64,000 nucleotides of DNA from positions 8,505-72,504 of the forward strand of contig CAYRNW010000011.1 of assembly GCA_964425745.1 (NCBI GenBank). Reading direction: 5' to 3'. The notes below the pieces were generated by a model. That model was not told the origin of the DNA. It did no database searches and saw only the letters and a list, made by a program, of their open reading frames with translations. Shown here piece by piece: positions 38,376 to 48,009 of this stretch. How positions within the stretch are numbered: the first letter of the stretch is position 1; each line of letters starts with the position of its first letter. The DNA comes from an uncultured Eubacteriales bacterium (GTDB taxonomy: Bacteria; Bacillota; JAAYKD01). The translations under genes and the position numbers were made by a program.

Positions 38376-39970
38376 TAAACAAATTTTTCGAAGATACGGT
38401 TGGAAATGACCAGTGCGGTTTCGCGGGAGGAGTTTTTTAAAGGTGCCATGACGCCATTGCCCTCTCCTTTGATGATATTCAATTTATACATGAGTTGCAG
38501 CGGTGTCTTGGCATAGTTGCTGATCTGATCTTCATCGGCAAAGAGCACATATTCCATGGTAACCACGGGTTTAATGTCTAGCGCTGTGAACAAACGCGCA
38601 TACATCGTCGCCATCTCTTGCCGCGTAATCAGGCCGAAGGGGTCAAAAATCCCCTCGCCACGACCGGTGACAATCCCCAATTCGGCAGCTTTTTGCACAT
38701 GCAGGAGGTCAATATCGGTAAACGGATTGACTTCGGGCAGCGGTGCCTCTTGCTTTGCCATGGCTTCATAGAGTTTGACCACCAATTCGGCAAATTCTTC
38801 ACGGCGAATGTTGTTTTGGTAGAAGGAAAACAGATGGGATTCGGTCAGCCAACTGGTGCGTGCGGCCTCGATGTGGGGGAGTGCCCAATCGGCAGGTTGA
38901 CTGTGATCCACTTGATCCCCCGGTTGTCCGGGTTCACCCGGCGGTTGCTCTGCAAGTTGCGGGACACCAATGGCGGTGCCGCTGTTTTCGATGCTACCCT
39001 TGAGCAAAAGCGCGCCGGAAGCCACTTCAACGCCCCCGTTTCTGCTGATAAAGGGTCCATTGACGCTGATTTGTGCGTTGTTTTCAATCCTCAATTGCGC
39101 TTGAGATTCGAGCGTTAGCGATTTGAGGGAGAGGGAGTCATAGAGGTTGACTTGAGCTTCACTTTTTAGTAAAGCTTGACCGCCAATACTTTGCAGCCCC
39201 CCATAAAAGGTGTAGGTACCAAAGTTTTGTAGGCGATTCTGAACCACGAGACCTCCACGGCGTTCTACTTGAAGAGAGGAACCAGCTGAAATGGTGAGGT
39301 CATCTACGACCAGCACAAACTCATCGAGCACAGCCTTACCGGTAAAGATTCCGTTTTCTATGATACCATAGCTAAAACTGTGCGGCCCACCGGTGCGGTC
39401 ATCGATACTCTGTATGGTGCTGCCCTGGGAGACGATAATTCCATCTTCATAAAAAATCCCATCGAAATTCCCGGTAATCGAACCAGCGTTCAGGTATGCC
39501 AAGCCCCCGGTAATGCGCATTCCAGAGCCAATAACACCTTCTAAACTGCCACCGTTCAGGTAAAAAGTGCCCCATCGGCCGGCTTGTTCGTATCCAAAGG
39601 TGCCGCCGACCATGCTGCCGGTGCCCTCTACGGTGAAGCTGCGGTTCTGGCGACCGATAATCGGAACACCTTCTGGGTCGCCAATGCCACCCATGTGGCT
39701 GTAGGTTAGCGTGTGTCCGTTGAGATTTAAGGTATAATGCCCTTCGCCCAGCTCAATGCCACAATCCGCGTCTACTGCTTGTGCAGTCGTAATTGCAAGG
39801 TCGGCCATCAGTTTCACCTTGGCGCCGGCCGGGTTGGTCAGGGCCGCTTTGAGTTGGGTGAAGGTAAAGGCCTCAACATACTCCGCTGCCGCATTCGCCG
39901 GTTCTGAAAAGACATTGATTGCGAAAATGAGAAGTGTAGCAATGAGAATCCATTGCGCAAGTTTCTTCAT
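38375..39970 (-). CDS. Secreted S-layer homology (SLH) domain protein
   Basis: Signal peptide; beta-helix-like Gly-rich region; C-terminal SLH repeats (GIVTGRGEGIFDPFGLITRQEMA). Confidence 0.85.
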   Translation of the reverse strand: MKKLAQWILIATLLIFAINVFSEPANAAAEYVEAFTFTQLKAALTNPAGAKVKLMADLAITTAQAVDADCGIELGEGHYTLNLNGHTLTYSHMGGIGDPEGVPIIGRQNRSFTVEGTGSMVGGTFGYEQAGRWGTFYLNGGSLEGVIGSGMRITGGLAYLNAGSITGNFDGIFYEDGIIVSQGSTIQSIDDRTGGPHSFSYGIIENGIFTGKAVLDEFVLVVDDLTISAGSSLQVERRGGLVVQNRLQNFGTYTFYGGLQSIGGQALLKSEAQVNLYDSLSLKSLTLESQAQLRIENNAQISVNGPFISRNGGVEVASGALLLKGSIENSGTAIGVPQLAEQPPGEPGQPGDQVDHSQPADWALPHIEAARTSWLTESHLFSFYQNNIRREEFAELVVKLYEAMAKQEAPLPEVNPFTDIDLLHVQKAAELGIVTGRGEGIFDPFGLITRQEMATMYARLFTALDIKPVVTMEYVLFADEDQISNYAKTPLQLMYKLNIIKGEGNGVMAPLKNSSRETALVISNRIFEKFV

Positions 39971-40055
39971 GACACGAACCTCCCTTAGATGATACTAGGA
40001 TGATACTATGGGATTCTACAACATTGCGCTTATTCCCTTGTATAATTTTTTCAAA

Positions 40056-40080
40056 AGGGGTCTGACCCCAAGTGCGAAAT
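40056..40080. repeat. Family-B palindrome (partial)
   Basis: AGGGGTCTGACCCCAAGTGCGAAAT. Confidence 0.75.
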
Positions 40081-40244
40081 TTCCAATTAGAAGGAAAACG
40101 GGTTCAGTCTTGTCGAAGAATATGGCGACTACCACCGCAACCCGAGTAACGAAACGAATTACAAGGCGATCATCGTGGCGAAAAGGGGATAGCGTAGCTT
40201 ACGCGGCGGGTGGTCGGAAGTGATAAACAAGGGAGGTACCTAGT

Positions 40245-40943
40245 ATGTGCACGGGAAACCGAATCTATCTTGATTTTCAGAGGCCGAAACGCGAACTCAT
40301 TGAGCAATTTCGAGGGGTTCCTGTTTCTAATTTGGACGACTGCATGAACCGCACTGCCGCAGTCACCGCGGAAATTCGTCCCTTTGGCAAAAAGGAGCTA
40401 CTCGGCACGGCGTTCACCGTGCAGATCCCCGAAGGCGACAACTTGATGGTGCATAAAGCGCTCGATTTGGCCAAGCCGGGCGATGTTTTGGTCGTGGCGG
40501 CCGGAGGGATGTTGAACCGTAGTATTGTTGGGGAGCTGATGATCGGCTACTGCAAATTGCGCGGACTGGCAGGGGTGATTATCGATGGTAGCATCCGCGA
40601 TGCCGATGCCCTTGCCGAAATGGATTTTCCGGTGTATGCACGCGGAGTGTCGCCCAATGGACCGTATAAAAACGGGCCCGGGGAGATCAACACGCCTGTG
40701 AGTTTTGGCGGGAAAGTCGTGTATCCGGGTGATATTGTGGTGGGCGACGGCGATGGCATCCTGTTTGTGGATCCCGAGGAGGCGGAGCAGATTTTGCATG
40801 ACGCGAAGGTCTTAATGCAAAAAGAAGCCGAGACCATCGAGATGCAACAGCGAACTCACAGTTACCCGCGGCCTTGGGTCGACGCCAAACTCAACGAGAT
40901 CAACTGCGAGATCTTACCTCTTGCGCCGGGTCGTAAAATTTAA
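40245..40943 (+). CDS. RraA-like / HMG aldolase family protein
   Basis: GDNLMVH, VGELM, IDGSIRD and PGDIVVGDGDG motifs. Confidence 0.88.
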   Translation: MCTGNRIYLDFQRPKRELIEQFRGVPVSNLDDCMNRTAAVTAEIRPFGKKELLGTAFTVQIPEGDNLMVHKALDLAKPGDVLVVAAGGMLNRSIVGELMIGYCKLRGLAGVIIDGSIRDADALAEMDFPVYARGVSPNGPYKNGPGEINTPVSFGGKVVYPGDIVVGDGDGILFVDPEEAEQILHDAKVLMQKEAETIEMQQRTHSYPRPWVDAKLNEINCEILPLAPGRKI

Positions 40944-40955
40944 TACTTTTGTAAC

Positions 40956-41003
40956 AGGGGTCAGACCCCGATGCGAAATATTTCGCACCGGGGTCTGACC
41001 CCT
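40956..41003. repeat. Family-B doublet (inverted pair)
   Basis: AGGGGTCAGACCCCGATGCGAAATATTTCGCACCGGGGTCTGACCCCT. Confidence 0.88.
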
Positions 41004-41091
41004 CATTAAAAAACTTCTATTATGAGAAGGGGAAAGAGCATTCTTGTGGAAGATAAAATAGTATTATGGAATAACCACGAGGAGGGATATC

Positions 41092-42606
41092 ATGAAGACC
41101 CTAATTCGTCACGGCACAATTTACGACGGCAGCGGCACCATCCCTTTTAAGGCGGATCTTTTGCTCATCGATGACAAAATCGCCGCCCTAGGCCTGAATC
41201 TGCCCGTACCTGAGGACGCAGTTGTGATTGATGCTACTGATTTAGCCGTCTCCCCGGGCTTCATCAACACGCACAGCCATATGGAACTGGAAGTGCTGAA
41301 AAACCCCAAACTCCCCGCTGTCATCCAGCAAGGCATCACTACTGAAGTGCTCGGTCAAGACGGATCTTCGGTCGCCCCCTTACACGACGGCATCTTAGAG
41401 GAACTCACCGACAACATGGCACCGCTGTGTGGCACCTGGGACAAACCCTACCCATGGCGCAGCTTTGCCGAGTACTTGGCTGCGGTCAGAGCCGCCAGTC
41501 CCACCCCGCGCATGGAAAGCCTCGTCGGTCACGGCACTATCCGCATGTATGTGATGGGCAGTGAGCAACGTCCTCCTACAGACGCCGAGCTGGAACAAAT
41601 GCAGCAAGTACTGGCGCAATGTATGGAAGAAGGGGCGCGCGGACTATCGTTTGGGCTCATTTACCCGCCCGGCAGTTACGGCAACACCGATGAATTGATC
41701 GCCATGGCCAAAGTGGTGGCGCGATACGACGGCCTGATCATGGTGCATATGCGCAACGAAAACAATCGCCTGCTCGAATCGGTGGACGAAATGTTAAGGG
41801 TGATGACCGAAAGCGGCGCGAGGCTGCAAATATCGCATTTCAAAGCCCTCGGCACCCCCAATTGGGGAAAAGTGCAACGCGCTCACGAAAAATTACTGGC
41901 TTTACGCGAAAAGGGGTACGACATCACGTTCGACCAATATCCCTGGACGGCCGCTTGCACCGGACTCAAGGTGTGCGTGCCTGCCTGGGCCTATGCCGGA
42001 GGTGAAACCGCCTTTCAAGCGCGATTGAACGATGGGGAAGAGCTGCCGAAAATTCGCACCGAAACCCAAGAAATCGTGGACATGCGTGGAGGCGGCAAGT
42101 GTATTATGATTGCCTCAGTTGCAACCGATGAATATGCTTGGATGGCCGGTAAATACCTCGATGTAATCGCCGCACAGTTAGGTTTGAGCGAAGTCGATGC
42201 CGTTTTGCACATCTTGCAGCATGAAGGACCGGCAGTTGTGGCTATCTATTTTTCCATATCGGAAGACGACGTGCGCTTCTTGATGACCAGCCCCTTGCAT
42301 TGCGTTTGCACCGATGGCATTGTTGGCGCGCATCCGCACCCTCGCACCTACGCCAGCTTCCCGCGCTTTTTAGGGACTTATGTGCGCGACCAAAAACTGA
42401 TGGACTTGGCGACCGCGATTAAAAAAATCACTTCCGAACCGGCGCGACGCCTTCGCTTGTGGGATCGAGGCTTGTTGCGCGTGGGTATGGCCGCCGATGT
42501 TGTTGTTTTTGACCCTCGCATAATCAAGGATGTCAACAGCTACACCGAACCGACCATCCCGCCGATTGGCATCCGCCATGTTATTGTCCGCGGCGTCGTT
42601 TGCTAG
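41092..42606 (+). CDS. N-acyl-D-amino-acid deacylase family amidohydrolase
   Basis: PGFINTHSH, GLIYPPG, HMRNE, ISHFK and HPHPRTYASFPRFLG. Confidence 0.88.
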   Translation: MKTLIRHGTIYDGSGTIPFKADLLLIDDKIAALGLNLPVPEDAVVIDATDLAVSPGFINTHSHMELEVLKNPKLPAVIQQGITTEVLGQDGSSVAPLHDGILEELTDNMAPLCGTWDKPYPWRSFAEYLAAVRAASPTPRMESLVGHGTIRMYVMGSEQRPPTDAELEQMQQVLAQCMEEGARGLSFGLIYPPGSYGNTDELIAMAKVVARYDGLIMVHMRNENNRLLESVDEMLRVMTESGARLQISHFKALGTPNWGKVQRAHEKLLALREKGYDITFDQYPWTAACTGLKVCVPAWAYAGGETAFQARLNDGEELPKIRTETQEIVDMRGGGKCIMIASVATDEYAWMAGKYLDVIAAQLGLSEVDAVLHILQHEGPAVVAIYFSISEDDVRFLMTSPLHCVCTDGIVGAHPHPRTYASFPRFLGTYVRDQKLMDLATAIKKITSEPARRLRLWDRGLLRVGMAADVVVFDPRIIKDVNSYTEPTIPPIGIRHVIVRGVVC

Positions 42607-42618
42607 TGTACGTTTCTT

Positions 42619-42914
42619 GGGGACGGTTCTCTGCCCCTTAAAAATGGAAGTTATATGGGAGAAAGACAACTTTGATAAGATGATTTTCCCTAAACTTTAT
42701 TAAATTGTTGCAGTAGCTTTATTATTGCTAATTCAACGCATCTAATTTTTAATCATTTGTTCCACGACGACTATTGTGGTTGTTGTTTATTAAGTGTCCG
42801 GACGGCCAGCCTATCCCTTTTTTGCAAAGCTAGTAACGCGTTGTCTGTCAGTTTGTCAGGAAATATGGATTGTGGTAAATAACTGTCAAAAAACGAGGGG
42901 AGAGAACCGTCCCC
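42619..42914. repeat. Family-A inverted arm pair (296 bp, AT-rich interior)
   Basis: GGGGACGGTTCTCTGCCCC ... GAGGGGAGAGAACCGTCCCC. Confidence 0.85.
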
Positions 42915-42932
42915 AACTAAAGGAGGAATATT

Positions 42933-44291
42933 ATGTTTGATTTACGGGTTAAGAATGCTAATATTGTGACCAGTCAGCGGGTGTATAGTGGTGAGATTTA
43001 TGTAAAGGATGGCAAAATCGCTGCCATCACCGCACCCAACAGTGATCTTCCTGCGAAGCAAACCATCGACGCAGCTTTTCGAGCCGTTTTACCCGGTGTC
43101 ATCGACCCTCACGTCCACGCCGGACACGGCACGCCCGAGCGCGAAACCTTTCGCCATGCCTCCGCTGCTGCGGCTGCCGGGGGAGTGACCACCGTTTTAG
43201 AGCAACCCTTATCGGTACCAATAACTGTCACAGCCGAGGCGTTTTTAGAGAAAAAAGCGGCCGCTGAAGCCGATTTCCACGTCGATTTTGGCATCTGGGG
43301 CGGTTTGGTTCCGGGTGCACTCCAAGATATGCCTGCTCTCGCAAAACTCGGTGCAGGGGCCTTTAAAAGCTTTATGTGCCGCTGTTCCAACTATCCAACC
43401 ACAAACGATGGCGTGATGCTGGAAGGATTACGCATCCTTGCCACCTTCGGCGGTGTATCCTGCGCTCATGCCGAGAGTGATAGCTTGATTCAAGAGCTGG
43501 TCGACAAATTCAACGCTCAAGATTACCGCGGACCGCAAGCGTTTATCGATAGCCACCCTCCCTACAGCGAAACCGAAGCTGTCTTACGCTACATCTTCTT
43601 GCTTCGTCAAGCCCCCGGTGCCAAAGGGCACATCGCCCACTGCAGCGTGCCGGAAGCGATCCGCGCCGTTCACACCGCCCAACAAGAGGGCATCGATATC
43701 ACCGTGGAAACCTGCCCGCAATACTTAGGCCTCACCCACGCCGACCTTTTTGAACGCGGCGGAGTTGCCAAATGCGATCCCCCCGCTCGATCCGCCGAAA
43801 TGCGCGAAGATCTCTGGAAGTGCGTGCTCGATGGCCAAGTCGATATGATTGTCTCCGACCATTCGCCGCACCCGTTCGACCGCAAAGTTGTGCCCATGGA
43901 ACGCTTCACCGACGCTGCCGAAGGTGTGATGGGCTTAGAAACCATGTTACCTGTCGTTTTAGAAGAAGGCGTTTTCCAACGAGGACTTCCTCTTACAGCC
44001 GTCGCTCGCTTGATGAGTGAAAACCCGGCCAAACGCTTTGGCCTTTGGGGACGCAAAGGTGCTTTGGAAGTGGGATTTGATGCCGATTTCAACCTCGTCG
44101 ACCTCAATCGCAGCTGGACTTGTAAAGCTGAAAACATGCATTACCTCAACAAGCACACGCCTTTCGATGGCCGTGAATTCCGTGGACGCATCGACGCTAC
44201 TTATATCCGCGGTCAATTGGTCAGTAAAAACCGCGAAATCCAAGTGGAACCCGGCTTCGGCAAATTTTACCCCATGGAGATGAAAGTATGA
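42933..44291 (+). CDS. Allantoinase/dihydropyrimidinase-like cyclic amidohydrolase
   Basis: PGVIDPHVH, AAAAGGVTT, FKSF (carbamylated Lys), HAE, ETCPQYL and SDHSP. Confidence 0.88.
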   Translation: MFDLRVKNANIVTSQRVYSGEIYVKDGKIAAITAPNSDLPAKQTIDAAFRAVLPGVIDPHVHAGHGTPERETFRHASAAAAAGGVTTVLEQPLSVPITVTAEAFLEKKAAAEADFHVDFGIWGGLVPGALQDMPALAKLGAGAFKSFMCRCSNYPTTNDGVMLEGLRILATFGGVSCAHAESDSLIQELVDKFNAQDYRGPQAFIDSHPPYSETEAVLRYIFLLRQAPGAKGHIAHCSVPEAIRAVHTAQQEGIDITVETCPQYLGLTHADLFERGGVAKCDPPARSAEMREDLWKCVLDGQVDMIVSDHSPHPFDRKVVPMERFTDAAEGVMGLETMLPVVLEEGVFQRGLPLTAVARLMSENPAKRFGLWGRKGALEVGFDADFNLVDLNRSWTCKAENMHYLNKHTPFDGREFRGRIDATYIRGQLVSKNREIQVEPGFGKFYPMEMKV

Positions 44292-44962
44292 AAATTCTGA
44301 TTATCAACCCCAATTCTGATCACAAAATGACCGCCGATATTCAGCGTAGCGCGCTTGCTTTTGCCGGGAATCGCTTCGAAGTTGAGACCATGCGCACTCC
44401 CGGTGCACCGAAATTTATCGATACCTACCTCGACACGGCCCTTGCTGTACCCGGAATGTTGCGGCTGATTCGGGAATACGAAGCCCAATTCGATGCGTTT
44501 GTCATCGCTTGTCATTGCGATCCCAATCTCGACCTTTGTAAAGAAGTCACAGCTAAGCCGGTGGTTGGCATTGGCGAAGCATCGATGAAAATGGCCAGCA
44601 TGTTGGGACATCGCTTCTCGGTACTATCCACTTCACCCGACTCGGTGCCTAACAAACAAGCTTTGGTGCATCGTTACGGCCTCGACCACACGCTTGCCTC
44701 GGTGCGTGCTCCTCGTAAAGCCACACAAGACCTCAATGATTTGGACCTCTTCCTGCAATTGGGCAAGGAAGCCATACAACTCGATGGAGCCGAGCTGCTG
44801 GTGCTTGGTTGTGCTGGCCTCTGTGAAATGGGTAACACGATGCAATCCCTACTGGGAGTGCCCGTGCTCGATGGTGTGGTCTGCGGACTCATCATCGCCG
44901 AAGGCTTGGTGCGCGCCAATTACACAACCAGTAAAATCGGTCGATACAAAGGAAATCCATAA
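44288..44962 (+). CDS. Asp/Glu/hydantoin racemase family (allantoin racemase-like)
   Basis: IINPNS, IACHCDP, VGIGEAS and LGCAGL (two catalytic Cys). Confidence 0.88.
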   Translation: MKILIINPNSDHKMTADIQRSALAFAGNRFEVETMRTPGAPKFIDTYLDTALAVPGMLRLIREYEAQFDAFVIACHCDPNLDLCKEVTAKPVVGIGEASMKMASMLGHRFSVLSTSPDSVPNKQALVHRYGLDHTLASVRAPRKATQDLNDLDLFLQLGKEAIQLDGAELLVLGCAGLCEMGNTMQSLLGVPVLDGVVCGLIIAEGLVRANYTTSKIGRYKGNP

Positions 44963-44986
44963 AATATAGCAAAAAGGAGCGATTCC

Positions 44987-46150
44987 ATGCAGCGACCCAA
45001 CCAACAAACAGCCGACCCGCGCAGGGTCATGAGCGGATTACACTTTCTACTAGGGAATTATGCATTGGTGGAAGGAGCGATCAGCGCCGGCTGTGATTTC
45101 TTTGCCGGTTACCCTATTACCCCTGCCAATGAGATTTCGGAACGCATGTCACAACGTCTGCCCCAAGTGGGTGGCAGCTTCATGCAGGGCGAAGATGAGT
45201 TGGCCTCCATTTATGCCTGTGCCGGAGCAGCCTTAGCCGGTGCCAAAGCGATGACCGCAACCGCCAGCGCCGGTTTCAACTACATGCAAGAAGGATTAGG
45301 GTATTGCTACACCGTGGAAGCCCCCTTGGTAGTGGCTAATGTGATGCGTACCCGTGGTGACAACTACGCCACCCAAAGCGATATCATGCAATTGCGCCAT
45401 GGAGCTAGCGGCGATTACGAAGCCATTGTGGTGTGTCCCACTTCGGTGCAAGACCTCTTCGACTACACGATTTGGGCCTTTAATTTGGCCGAAACCTATC
45501 GGAACCCGGTCATTATTGCCTCCGAAACGACCATTGCGCTCATGCGAGAACGGCTGCACATACCGGCAGCGGAGGCTATCCTGTTGCACAATCGGCGGTA
45601 TACTGAGAAAACACCAGCAGAGTATTTGCCGTTTGCTGCCGAAGCCAACGCCGCACCCGATATGGCACCTTTGGGCAAGGGCTACAACACGATTTACTCG
45701 TTGAACCCGCATGATGAAGCGGGCCGGATCGATTGGGACCCGGAGGGGTTTGAGCGGTTGTACAAACGTATCACCGGCAAAATTCGCGAGAACGAGCCGA
45801 AAATCAGCCGCACGCAAGGGTTTTGGTTGGATGATGCAAAGTCGGTGATCATTGCCTATGGTAGTGAAGTGCGGCCGGCAAGGGAAGCAGCGCAGATGTT
45901 GCGTGAAGAAGGTAAAAAGATCGGCGTGCTGCAGTTGTGCAATGTTTGGCCGGTGCCGGAGGGAGCCATAGCGGAAGTGGCGAGTCAGGTGGGGCATATT
46001 TTCGCGTTGGAGATGAACCTGGGCAAATATGTGGGTGAGATTCGGCGAGTGGTCAAGGACCGCTGCCCGGTCACTTCGGTTACTAAGAATCGTGGGCTGG
46101 TGCATACGCCCTGGGAAGTTTGCGCAGCGGTTCGGGAGGTGCTGAAATGA
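44987..46150 (+). CDS. 2-oxoacid:ferredoxin oxidoreductase alpha subunit
   Basis: GN.A..EGA, FAGYPITPANEI, EDELAS and EMNLG motifs. Confidence 0.9.
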   Translation: MQRPNQQTADPRRVMSGLHFLLGNYALVEGAISAGCDFFAGYPITPANEISERMSQRLPQVGGSFMQGEDELASIYACAGAALAGAKAMTATASAGFNYMQEGLGYCYTVEAPLVVANVMRTRGDNYATQSDIMQLRHGASGDYEAIVVCPTSVQDLFDYTIWAFNLAETYRNPVIIASETTIALMRERLHIPAAEAILLHNRRYTEKTPAEYLPFAAEANAAPDMAPLGKGYNTIYSLNPHDEAGRIDWDPEGFERLYKRITGKIRENEPKISRTQGFWLDDAKSVIIAYGSEVRPAREAAQMLREEGKKIGVLQLCNVWPVPEGAIAEVASQVGHIFALEMNLGKYVGEIRRVVKDRCPVTSVTKNRGLVHTPWEVCAAVREVLK

Positions 46151-47670
46151 GTGAGAGTGTGAATGTGAAACCGAAAGCGAACCCGAACGCGAAAGCGAAT
46201 CCGAATGCGAAAGCAAATCCGAATCGCAAATTTTTGAGAGAAGAGAAGTTACCGCATTTCTTTTGCAGCGGTTGTGGCTGTGGGCAGGTGCTCAACTATT
46301 TCACCCAGGCGCTTGAGGCGTTGCAGATGGACGTGGAGAAGATGCTAACCATCGGTGGGGTGGGTTGCACGGCGCGAATGCCGGTTTATTTGAAGTCCGA
46401 CACCTTTCACGGGGTGCATGGGCGCACTTTGGCCTGGGCAACCGGAGTCAAGCTGCATAATCCAGAGATTCCCATTGTAATTTTCGCAGGCGATGGCGAC
46501 CTGGTTTCCATAGGTGGTAACCACTTTATTCATGCGGCAAGGCGGAATCTTGATGTGACGGTGATTATGGTCAATAACCTCAACTTTGCCATGACCGGAG
46601 GGCAAGTGGCGCCAACCACACCGGTGGGGTCCGTGACGATGACAACGCCGTATGGGAACGATGAACCGGCCTTCGATGTGGCGCAGTTGGCCATGGCGGC
46701 GGGTGCCACTCATGTGGAACGCTGGACAACTTCGCGGCCGATTCAATGTGAGCAGGCAATAAGGCGAGCACTGCAGCATAAAGGGTTTAGTCTCATTGAG
46801 ATTGTCAGCCAGTGTCCGACCCATTTTGGCCGTTATGCTTTGAAAAGTGGTGATCCGGGCAAACTTTTGCAGTGGATTCATCAAAATAGCTATTTGTTGG
46901 AACAAGCCGACCGCCTCACCGCGGAAGAAAAGCACAATAAACTCGCTTGCGGCATCTTCCGATTTCAAGGTGGGGACAGTCCCTCATTGAAAAATTTACA
47001 GGGTGGGGACAGTCCCCTCCTTGAAAAAAAGGAGGAAAGAGCTCGTAAACAGCAAGATGATGCCGCTCCCACCACCACATATAACACCGCAGTCGACCAA
47101 ATTTCAACTCTGCCGTACCCTCAACGCATTACCCTTTGCGGTATGGGCGGTCAAGGAATCATCTTAACCTCGGTCCTACTCGGCACCGCTGCGGTCACCT
47201 TAGCTGGCTTACACGCGGTCCAAACCCAATCCTACGGCAGCGAAGCTCGGGGGGGCCAGTGTCAAGCCGAGCTGATCATCGACCGCGAACCCATTCTATC
47301 GCCTGTGGCACAAAAAAAAGACCTGCTTTTGGCCATGTTTTCAGAAGCATATCACAAGTACATCCCCGATTTGAAAGAGGATGGTGTACTGGTCTACGAT
47401 ACCGATTTGGTGCAGCCCGAATCGCGCAAGGGAAAAAGTTACGGAGTGCCGGCAACACAGATGGCTGTGGGTCTCGGTAATCGAATGGCCGCCAACATGG
47501 TGATGCTGGGCTTTTTAGCTGAAATGTTCGGTGTTATCAGCGTGGAACATCTGGAACAAGTGGTGATCAGCGAAGTGGATGAACGATTCCGGGAGCTTGA
47601 CCTCAACGCAGTTCGCGCGGGAGTCGAATTTGCCGGACAAATCAAAGCGCAGGAAAGGGGAGAAGCATAA
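46147..47670 (+). CDS. 2-oxoacid:ferredoxin oxidoreductase beta-gamma fusion
   Basis: FCSGCG, HGRTL and TPP motif GDGD...NN; then gamma GMGGQG, SYGSEARGG and NMVMLG. Confidence 0.88.
   Translation: MSESVNVKPKANPNAKANPNAKANPNRKFLREEKLPHFFCSGCGCGQVLNYFTQALEALQMDVEKMLTIGGVGCTARMPVYLKSDTFHGVHGRTLAWATGVKLHNPEIPIVIFAGDGDLVSIGGNHFIHAARRNLDVTVIMVNNLNFAMTGGQVAPTTPVGSVTMTTPYGNDEPAFDVAQLAMAAGATHVERWTTSRPIQCEQAIRRALQHKGFSLIEIVSQCPTHFGRYALKSGDPGKLLQWIHQNSYLLEQADRLTAEEKHNKLACGIFRFQGGDSPSLKNLQGGDSPLLEKKEERARKQQDDAAPTTTYNTAVDQISTLPYPQRITLCGMGGQGIILTSVLLGTAAVTLAGLHAVQTQSYGSEARGGQCQAELIIDREPILSPVAQKKDLLLAMFSEAYHKYIPDLKEDGVLVYDTDLVQPESRKGKSYGVPATQMAVGLGNRMAANMVMLGFLAEMFGVISVEHLEQVVISEVDERFRELDLNAVRAGVEFAGQIKAQERGEA
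46174..46227 (+). repeat. 18-bp tandem repeat x3 encoding KANPNA
   Basis: AAAGCGAACCCGAACGCG / AAAGCGAATCCGAATGCG / AAAGCAAATCCGAATCGC. Confidence 0.85.
46963..47027. repeat. Two family-C palindromes in frame within the beta-gamma linker
   Basis: GGGGACAGTCCC cores at 46972 and 47005 (33-bp period) encoding FQGGDSPSLKN-LQGGDSPLLEK. Confidence 0.88.
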
Positions 47671-47864
47671 TGGTACATATCGATGAGCGACTCTGCAAAG
47701 GCTGTCGCTTGTGTGTGACAATTTGCCCCAAAAATGTGCTGGCGATGTCGCAACGAGTCAATAAAAAGGGGTATACTGTCGTGGAAGTGGCACACTCTGA
47801 GGCCTGCATCTCCTGCAAACTCTGTGAAAAAACCTGCCCCGACTTTGCCATCTATGTTGAATAA
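47670..47864 (+). CDS. 2x[4Fe-4S] ferredoxin (oxidoreductase delta subunit)
   Basis: CKGCRLCVTICP and CISCKLCEKTCP. Confidence 0.92.
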   Translation: MVHIDERLCKGCRLCVTICPKNVLAMSQRVNKKGYTVVEVAHSEACISCKLCEKTCPDFAIYVE

Positions 47865-47869
47865 GGGTT

Positions 47870-47989
47870 GGGGACGGTTCTGTCGATTAAGCTGGGGACG
47901 GTTCTGTCCCCCTGAACTTTGCCATAAAAAAGGAAAAAATCAGGCCGAGAGAACCGTCCCCAAGTCATTGAGGGGAGAGAACCGTCCCC
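47870..47989. repeat. Nested family-A REPIN (inner 68-bp unit 47894-47961 inside an outer arm pair)
   Basis: Two GGGGACGGTTCTGTC arms followed by two GAGAGAACCGTCCCC arms. Confidence 0.9.
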
Positions 47990-48009
47990 AAATAAAAGGA
48001 GGGTTGCTA

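Noticed and set aside
45296-46216. 306-aa minus-strand ORF
   Set aside because: Antisense shadow of the OFOR alpha gene with no motifs.
46174-46227. Similarity of ANPN repeats to the Plasmodium circumsporozoite NANP repeat
   Set aside because: Low-complexity coincidence over three units.
47734-48009. N-terminal extension of the aminotransferase ORF
   Set aside because: It overlaps the ferredoxin gene and the nested REPIN; the RBS supports ATG 48010.
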